A DNA stretch of 29,480 nt, taken from Rotaria socialis. Lineage: Eukaryota. The notes below the pieces were generated by a model. The model saw nothing but the letters and a program-made list of their open reading frames with translations. It was not told the DNA's origin and did not search any database. This document shows, piece by piece, positions 21,064 through 29,480 of the stretch. Numbering within the stretch: the stretch's first letter is position 1; each line of letters opens with the position of its first letter. A program made the translations under genes and the position numbers. The DNA is taken from NCBI GenBank assembly GCA_905331485.1, contig CAJNYT010004754.1, forward strand, positions 77,906 through 107,385, given 5' to 3'.

Positions 21064-22172
21064 TTTATTTGAGAATTCTAAATATAAATATGTAGATAGA
21101 AGATTTTCTTACTAACTGCGAATCTTTAATATGTCTATGAGAAAAGATTCAAAAAGTAAAAATGTATGAACTAAATTTTCTTCTTCTTCGTTTTTATCTT
21201 ATTCATGTCAAGAGAATAAGTGAAGTGGGCAAAAAAATGAATGTATAGATAAACAATATCAACATTGACTATGTTTATTTTAACAACGTGATTATCGCGA
21301 AGATAGAGTAATAAACGTATTAACAATTCTTCAAAAAATCTAACCGAATATGGCCCCCGTGTCAGATTAAAGTATAGCTGGATTGAAGTTCAAAGTTTTG
21401 TGATAGAACGTAATCATAGAGTAATTATCCGACTCCAGGTATAATTGAATAATTTTAGAACATCTATTACATGAGTTATTATGCAAAGTAGAGAAAGTTA
21501 TACACGCGAGCATAATCATGTTTATAGGCGTCATTTATTGTTCATGTAGTCTCCCATTGATAAATACAAGAAACTGCTATTAGTTGATTATATTATGTAA
21601 CACTACAATTCATGATTCACATATCTGTAAACTGTTCGACAAGAGTAGAACAATTACGTACAGTTAACTAACGTTATCTGTACGAAGTGTCCCCAATGCA
21701 TATCTAAACTGAGATCGTTTACGTAAATGTCATGAAGAGATATATCAGTTATAGAATATTAAATTTTATGGGAGTCTCGTACAAATAATAGCGGCATCTA
21801 ACTAACCAATGCAATCTTGAAAGAGAAGCATTTTCTTAAAGTTTACAGATAAAAATGTTCCGAACAAAACAAAATTCATTTCATTAACTTTGCATCTATG
21901 AACAAAAATTGGCATTGCTTTTTGTGTTTTATTGACTTGTTTGGCAAAGGGGAGAACATATATCATCTAGATTAGATATAAGAAAAGAAGAAGAAAGAAA
22001 AACAATTAAACCAAAAGAAAGAAAAAATGCGATAGAGACGATGTTGGATTAGTATCAAAGGAAATTGCATCGGTCAAAAGTATAATGCTTCCTGAGATTC
22101 TAATATTTAATTTTGATATAATACGAGTATCACAGATCAAAATAGATTTGTCCTCTTTTTATTTGTTTCATA

Positions 22173-25100
22173 CTAAACATCTGTATCTTTAGATGATTTG
22201 TTTTCTGATTTTTCAGATTTTGAATAATGATGATAAGTTTTATTTGTCGACGATAATAATAGTGATGGCATGTGAGACGATCGTTGTCGATGATTATTTG
22301 TGTTAGCATTTTCATAATTTATATCTGTTCCTAATGTACTCGTATTGACATTATTTTCGTTATTTATTATTTCGGTATTTGGAATATTAGAATTAGGACG
22401 TTGAGTATTAACAGTTGAATAAAGTTGATTAACAGTTTTATAACGAATCCATAATTGATTTATTATTTCTGTTACAACGAGATCACTACTATTTAATGAA
22501 AGTAAACGTGTTAGGAGAACACCATCGTCTTTTAAATAATGAAGAACAAAGTCACGTGCTTCTTGACGTTCTTCTTTAGGATTAAATGGTGACATGATTC
22601 CAAGATGACGTTTGATAAATCGTACTTTTTCACCTAAAAATGAACATATTTGTATATCGTCAATAACCAGATCAAAAAATCTCGTGTTTGTCAAATGAAG
22701 CTAGCATAACTCAAGTTCAAATCCGTTGCTTGATATTAAAACTCTGATAGAGCCTTTTCGAGTTTCAAGAGCTCTATGCATAGACTAATCTTCAATTCGA
22801 ATTGTTTCGATCATCAACGAGATTGCAATATTTTTCTCTTAGATAATTTATACTCTAACCGTTTCGATGTATAAACCAAACCTCTTTATAGTTTTACGAG
22901 CGAATGAAATTTCGAATAAGCTTATAAAAGATTAGAGTGTGATAAGAAAGTTTTTAGCTTACGCGATACTGTGCAATTATATAACCAAAGTAGAAAATCA
23001 TAAATGGTTGCTTAAAAACAAATAAAATACAGAGAATAAAATGAATATTTCTCGAAATTTCAATAGTCTACCGGCGCTTATGGATATGAGCCAAAACCAT
23101 TGTATAATGAAGATAACTTCATTAAATAAATTAATTCTTAAGACACATTGCACTGTATAAAAATGATTAACGCCAATTTCTCGAATTTTAAAATCGCTAA
23201 AAGTAAAAAGAAAATTTTTTTTTAATTAATAAGAATCTTTGACTTTTAGCAAAGGTTAATTATGATAAGTGACGGGATAAGTAGAAGAGCGCTGATGGCG
23301 ATATTCTTACTCTATAGAATTTTTTCTAATTAAGAGGGGAGCCCCCTTTAAAAACTCTATTTTTTGAAAAAAATCCTAATTGAGTTGTTGTCGTAGAAAG
23401 ATGCTCCAAAGTTCTCCCTTTTTGAGAATATATATATATATATATTTTTCTGAAAAAATTGACCTGTTCTCCCCCACTAATCATAATTGTCAGCAGTGGG
23501 TAGAACGGGTGAATCTTTTTCAAAATTTTACTTTTGTGAAATCCATACTCACTAGACTAGTTTTTTATGCTGATTTCAAATATCATATTTATCTTGCATA
23601 GAAAACAGTTACTGATAGTGAAATTAAGTAATTGTCGAAGATTTTGTATAGAATTTCACATATCAAAACATTGGGTCCTTAAAGAACAACACCAGACATA
23701 TTTTTTCCTAGAAGATTTTTGAGTCACTTTGTAGATTTTGAAATGCTCTATCCAATTATATGTAGGAAACTATTTAAAATCTTAATTATAATTATGAAAA
23801 CATGACAGAAAGCCATTGAAATGTAAAAATAAGCTGACTGCAGCTACGTATTCGCTACCAAATGATATGAAAAGATTCTTACTTCAGTCTCGTTGAGAAT
23901 GTGTCAGATAGAGGGAAGAATTCTCTATCGATTCATGTATACAAAAGTTTGTTTAACTTTTACTTTATGCCCAAAATCAGTCCATAAATAGATACACACA
24001 GAGGCAAATTTTTAGTCAAAAACTAAGTCTTTAGAGAGCTGTAACTCGGGTCAGATATATTGAAACAACGTCAAAATATGTAAAAAAATGTACTCTATCA
24101 AATCAGACAATGGAGACGAAAAATTGAGGGGCGGGGGTTCGCCACCCCCTCCCTCCGAAAATAACAGTATTCAAACACTATAGATGGCACTCACTGGCCT
24201 CATTCAATAATTGCCGTAAGGACAACTCTTCTAGTTATATTGTAAAATAATCCATTTTCAGCATATTTTTATTGAATTTCAATGAAAAACAATTTTTTAC
24301 TTACTTATCGTTTTTCTCAAAAGATGAATTTTGGTCACAAAAAGTGAAACTTCTCCTGCAGGCTTTAAGGTATAATCAATTTTTTCTGCTTTACACCTCT
24401 AAGTGCGAGTAAATTTTTATCTGACCAAATTTTGTATATTTTATTCTGGGATTGAGAAAAATAAAATCTTGTGTCGTGGGATGGACGTTTTGGACTTATT
24501 TTGACCCTATATCTATTGAAATGCTCATAGAAAATGAATGGAATTAAATCTCAAGTTTCTGTTCGGGTAAAAGTTGCATATAGTTGTTGGCTTTAATTTG
24601 AAACCACCAAGACCTCTGTAGCTTTTTAAATGACAACGCTTTAGGAATTCTGTTGAAGCTATATATATGACTCATCAATAAACTGGAACTCCATTGTAGC
24701 TCGACATATTAACCTGAAATTTTTACTGGAAGAGTTTCTCACAAAGGTCACTTATCCCGGAAAGTTTCAGCCAACATGGATCAGTCTAAGTGGGAATGAA
24801 ATTCTAACGGGAGGGCCCCCTGCGCTTAAAAAAAATTTTAAAGCTGAGCTCATATGACTTTTCATTAATATGAAAATTTAATTTTTGTATTTTAGATATT
24901 CTGTCTATCTCTCTCTCGCGGTCATAAAGCATTAGAGATTATGTTAAATCTATAGTAAGCTTTTCTTGATATACCCATCAAACATACCAATATGTCACTT
25001 TAGGGAAATGTCTATTTTCAGTCCAACGTTGATTTTTAAATAATTTTTCAATAACTTCAAAACCAAATAAATAATAATCATTTCCCAAAATAGTATTTAA

Positions 25101-26067
25101 TAAAAATAATTGTGCTAAAGCATTAACAAGCCATAATAATTTAACAAGAAAATAGACGATAACAAGATAATTTCCATAATGACGATTTGAACAAAAGAAA
25201 AATAAATGAAAAAATCGACGAGCCCAAGAATATTGCTTGTCAATACGATGCCGAATTAAATGAGCACGTGCTGATATATATCGTTCGATATTAATAATTA
25301 AATAACTCATTATACGATCTCGTGATTCATACTGTTCAACTTGTTCGTATTTCTAGAAAAAAAAATTTGTTTCAATAGAATTCGCTTTTTCGTATGTTCT
25401 TCAAAAAATCTTACAACGGCTGCATCAACCAGATTAACTAAATCAAGGCCTGATTTAACATTAAGTGTACGCCATACAATACGAGGAAAATAGAATAGAA
25501 AAGCTTGAAAGAGTAATATAAATGGTACCCATTGGTAGTAGAGCTAAAGAAAAAGATTCAAAAAAATTTAAAAATCAAATTTATTTCTGCTGACAATGTC
25601 TTTATTTCTTCGTGCTGATTCTTCATCGGGTAATTCTTCATCAATTGGAATATCTGAAAGATCAAAGAAAAGATAAATTAGTTTTTTCGAAATTATGTTT
25701 TTGTCTTCTTCATACAATAGGTATTTGCAATCCAACAATAGCTATCCGTATAGGCTTCATAAGATGGTTTAAATTGAGCTGGCACCTAATAGAAATAAAT
25801 AGAGGAAATAGTTTAAATTTCACAAAAAAAACAAAAATTTCTACCCAACAATCAATTGGATCACCTATAAAACAAAAATGAAATTTTACGTTTTTAAAAA
25901 TAATAGCCAATCTCACCGGCGTATTGTTTAGTAGTAACAAGAATAGCGAAGACAACGCATAATGTTGTTGTATATCGATGATTGAGCCGATCGATATAGG
26001 AATCATCATCGCGAAATTGTCGAATACTGGAAACAGAAAGACCGGCAAGTGTTCTGACTAATTCCAT
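22173..26067 (-). CDS. Innexin (invertebrate gap-junction protein), ~475 aa, 9 exons: 25917-26067, 25845-25864, 25716-25785, 25594-25652, 25415-25543, 24988-25352, 23072-23196, 22963-23010, 22173-22633
   Basis: Spliced frame: TTKQYAGDPIDCWVPAQFKPSYEAYTDSYCWIANTYYIPID..., YYQWVPFILLFQAFLFYFPRIVWR, VNALAQLFLLNTILGNDYYLFGFEVI, HFPKVTYCDFKIREIG.NHFYTVQCVLRINLFNEVIF...WFW, DGVLLTRLLSLNSSDLVVTEIINQLW. These are conserved innexin signatures, and phases are consistent at all eight junctions. Confidence 0.93.
23197..24987 (-). other. Expanded innexin intron (~1.79 kb), probably containing inserted repetitive DNA
   Basis: The other introns of this gene are about 51-130 bp, except one of ~329 bp. This one contains G/C-homopolymer-rich patches (aggggagccccc, gaggggcgggggttcgccacccc, gggagggccccc) and no continuing exon. 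Confidence 0.6.
23422..23450. repeat. (TA)n microsatellite
   Basis: atatatatatatatatatat directly readable. Confidence 0.75.
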
Positions 26068-26441
26068 ATATACTATTGAATTTTGAATGACTGTTGATGA
26101 TCATTGGGCATAGTCTTCCTATGAATTAATCTAAATTGTTTCGATCTAGAAGAAAGAAAAAGACTACCGATTGCTGATGGTTCTTTTTTTAATATCATCA
26201 TGATTCTACCTCGCCGTTTTATTCTTTGTAGTTAGTAAATATTATTCAATTATCGCAATAGAAAAGATTTCTTTTTTTCTCTATTGATAGATATCAGATG
26301 TAAACTTAAATAATGGCATCTTCTCTTCATATTTTTTACATTTCGCTCTCACTTCTATTATCGCATTGCATTAATCAAAAAGAAATCATATTGTAGAAAC
26401 GAGATTCTCGTTTATATATACGGCATCTCTGTTCCTGTTGC

Positions 26442-26453
26442 AACCATCACCAC

Positions 26454-26492
<39 letters not shown>

Positions 26493-26500
26493 TATCATTA
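26442..26500. repeat. (CAT/CAC)n trinucleotide microsatellite
   Basis: accatcaccaccatcatcatcatcatcatcatcatcatcatcatc directly readable. Confidence 0.9.
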
Positions 26501-27925
26501 CTTGAGAGTGGGACTCATCATTGAGAGATAGAACGAACGAACGAATGAAGCGAATAGAATAAGAAACATTCATTTAGACATCCATACGCATCACTCCTCA
26601 CATCCGGCGATTACATAAAAAATGGCGCAAACATGAAGATGTTCCTAGCACAGCTGTAACTGAAATATACACGCACATTTATTTTGATAAGAAAAAAGCA
26701 TACGCACGCATGAACATATCTATTAATTCAATATGATTTCCATTGAAGTAGTTAAAAATATAACTATTCTCAATCTGTTATATATATATGAACTAACAAG
26801 AGAAAAAGACAACAGCAAAGTAATAAATGGCATAGATAACCATAAGCATGAAACTATAACAATATGGAGAAACAAAAAGGCAAACTGTTTAACTAACTTC
26901 TTTATTGCAGGCGATATGACATATGTATCCTTCTAGTTGCTTATGACGCGATAGACGACGATTATGCTTTCTTATCATGAGACACTAGGGAACATATGTT
27001 TCGATTACAATTGATATATAAACTGAATACAACAAATTGCGATTGTTCATGCGCCGCTCGTCATCGTATGCTTACGAAATAGTCAATAGAATAAATACTC
27101 ATTTTTTTTCTTCTCTTTGAGCTCTCTACTGACTCGTTCATTTTGAATGACTATCGAGAAGCTCTCCAGAAATCGCAAATGTCGGTCTGCATATGTTGAA
27201 GGCCGATTTAAGAGTTCAACGGCTGAAATAAGCTATCCTTATATCTCTCTATGGGTGCCAACATATGTTGTACTAACAAGACATAGACATAGATATTTTC
27301 AGGATCAACCATTTGTCTTTCATTGTTCTTTATCATTAATGATTGTCTAACTGTCAATCAGCTAAATCAGAATTTCTATCAGACCACCTACCTGTTATGG
27401 ATAATTTCAATGCTTTTTCTTTTTGTCTGTATCATTCATAAGAAAATTTTATTTTAATATAAAAAAAGAAAAAAAAGAAAGGAAACCCGGAGAAAAAAGA
27501 GTAGAAAGAAAATTCAGCAACAGTCATTAGCAAAATCGTACGGTAGATAGCATGCTCTGGAAAAAAAGTATTGTATTCTCTTCTATGCTGACACGACCCA
27601 TTGACAACACGAGAGAAAAAGAACGCCATGCAAGCAATGATTTCCTCAAGACAGACAGCTATCTATTGGGCTAGTTAGAAACATATAAAATATTAACATA
27701 GAACGTATGTACATCAGAGAGAAAAAACAATACATCAACATCCATATATCCAAAATGCCATAATACTGAAAGCAAAGGAATGCCTGATACTAATCCTTTT
27801 CTTCTTGTCTCTCCTCCCCTCTTCCTCGTCCTTGTTTCTATTCTACTTCTCTCCTCTTCTTTTCGACCGGTCACTCATTCACACGCGTAAGCAAGTAGGA
27901 AAAGCTTTACTGCCGGGAGTCACTT

Positions 27926-27926
27926 G

Positions 27927-27965
<39 letters not shown>

Positions 27966-27966
27966 T
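27926..27966. repeat. Compound (TA)n(TG)n microsatellite
   Basis: gtatatatatatatatatatatatatgtgtgtgtgtgtgtg directly readable. Confidence 0.9.
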
Positions 27967-28375
27967 GGCTTTACTAAGAAACAATAGTTATGTTCATCTC
28001 GCTAAATTGAAAAGAAAAACGAGTAGAAAGAAGCGAAGAAAAAAATAAGCAACACTATTTTTTAGTATTAGAAAGTTCTTGCGTGTTTGCTCGTTCATTT
28101 TATTTAGTTTCCCGATTACTCTCATGTCATTTACACACACACACACAAAACAAAAGCTCTCGTGTTCCCTATAAAGTAGAACATTTATTGATATATACAA
28201 GATAGTTGCACAGTTTAGCCTTTAAATCGTATGAGAAAGACAACTCGTTCTCTTTCTCTCAACAAACAAAGAAGTATTGAGGTTTTTATTTTCAATCACT
28301 AACGAGGAAACATAGAAGAACTAGAGAAGTATCATATGGTGTCGTAAAAGGAAGGAAATGAATAGTACTGCTAAA

Positions 28376-28422
28376 TAATAATAATAATAATAATGATGAT
28401 GATGATGATAATAATAATGGAA
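28376..28422. repeat. Compound (ATA)n(GAT)n(AAT)n trinucleotide microsatellite
   Basis: ataataataataataatgatgatgatgatgataataataatgg directly readable. Confidence 0.88.
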
Positions 28423-29333
28423 CAACGACTGATCGTTGACAATAAAGACTTAATTATATATTAAATTATATGAACACGTATGCTGTTCTCATTAGACAAT
28501 CTTTTCCGTTTTCCTATTTTTTTTTGGCGCATTTCCGTTATGATTGCCACTCGAAAGAAAAATGTTTTCTTTTCTTTTTCTCTTGTATTTGATGTAACAT
28601 ATCATACGATTTCGCTTATGAATCGATTAATTGATTTTTCCTAACTTGACAAGACAATTTGTCAGAAATTAGTTTGTATAATAGAAAGAAAGAGAAATGG
28701 ACAAGACAATAACCACATGTCATTCATCTTGCAAGCAAAATCGTTCGGCTTTTTGAGAACAACATGCGGTGTTTATATGCTTGTCTGTTATTAATTCGTC
28801 TCTTTTTTTATGTTGTTGTTCGCTTGTCTTACAATAGAATCATTTCTAATGAATAGAACTTTTCTTTTTCTATTTGAGTATTGTGCGTGAAAAAAACAGG
28901 ACCTCAGGAAGGGGTGAGATAAATTGAATTATGAAATAGAATCATGCAATTGGATGACGCGTACTCGGTCCCATAGGCCGGAATTTAAGTCACATGATTA
29001 CAAATCTCAAGAGAAAATCTAAGTAGATATATCTATTTGAAATTATTTATAAGCGTCGGGGGCCTAGTCGATGTGCTGAGATTGATCTCACAAATGGTTA
29101 TTCATGTCTATGACAAACCTAATGCAGTAATTTTGAGGACACTTACATAACACCTAATTAATTAGAAACGCAGATATTCTTATTGCAGCTGGCTAATCAA
29201 ATGTTTTTCAAAGAAGAAACATTCGATCGCTTGATCTTGGCATTATGGGAATATTGACTAATTCTCAACTTACTTCGCAGCGTGTGTATTCTTTCCATTT
29301 CCTGGATTTTCATCTTAAAAGTATGCTGATGCT

Positions 29334-29480
29334 CAGGGACGGCGCGAAGCAACAAAAATATAGGGGGGGGGTTACTTGAAAACGGGAGGTTTTCTTTCAA
29401 AAATCGGAGTAAATTAATAAAAATTTCTTCTATTTTCTTCAAATCGGAGTAAAATTGAAGCAAAAATTTCCAAAGTTGGG
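29334..29480 (+). mobile_element. Probable left terminus of a third hAT-like element, truncated by the window edge
   Basis: CAGGGACGGCGCGAAGCAACAAAAATATAGGGGGGGGG matches the layout of the other two element ends (CA..G.CGGCG.. then A/T-rich then AGGGG), followed by two copies of AAATCGGAGTAAA. No right end is available. Confidence 0.5.

Noticed and set aside
24120-24160. GGGGGTTCGCCACCCCC foldback as a terminator or RNA gene.
   Set aside because: The stem is only ~6 bp, it sits inside a eukaryotic intron, and it fits inserted repeat sequence better; no tRNA/ncRNA architecture was seen.
22634-24987. Innexin appeared to lack the TM4/CDF...VQC...WFW region, suggesting a pseudogene.
   Set aside because: No long ORF covers it, but manual reading found exons 23072-23196 and 22963-23010 encoding it in the correct phases.
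25612-25881. Plus-strand 89-aa ORF.
   Set aside because: Antisense to innexin exons 2-4 and their introns.
26442-26500. Tandem repeat as a possible CRISPR or satellite array.
   Set aside because: Simple trinucleotide microsatellite without spacers.
27671-27987. ORFs in the pyrimidine-rich / microsatellite region.
   Set aside because: Low-complexity translations (IYIYIYICVCVCVG; EEERSRIETRTRKR) with no coding signature.

Overview
This window looks eukaryotic. Coding exons are split by many short GT-AG introns, mostly about 51-70 bp, in an AT-rich background. The gene content (an ART domain fused to TPRs, plus an innexin) suggests a bdelloid-rotifer-like genome; that assignment is inference. 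I reconstructed splice structures by hand and checked that exon phases are consistent. From left to right: the 3' exon of a ZnT1/SLC30A1-like zinc transporter (+); a decayed ADP-ribosyltransferase-TPR pseudogene (-); a 5-exon gene for a disordered protein with two predicted TM helices (-); a ~1 kb non-autonomous hAT-like element with TIRs and 8-bp TSDs; a possible small secreted Cys-rich protein exon (+); an unusual CCGT/ACGG-rich foldback; a papain-fold cysteine peptidase with a long poly-Asp/Glu tail (-); a 3-exon 11beta-HSD1-like SDR (-); an apparently intact ART-TPR gene (+), paralogous to the pseudogene; a second ~1 kb hAT-like element with a perfect 8-bp TSD; a complete 10-exon P5CS/ALDH18A1 gene (-); a complete 9-exon innexin (-) with a 20-bp microexon and one expanded 1.8 kb intron; repeat-rich sequence without confident genes; and a probable third hAT-like terminus at the right edge. 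The best candidates for novelty are the N-terminal domain / ART / TPR architecture with its inverted decayed paralog, the pair of equal-length hAT-like MITEs, the acidic-tailed peptidase, the foldback element and the two orphan proteins. I see no prokaryotic defence system, CRISPR array or confident RNA gene.
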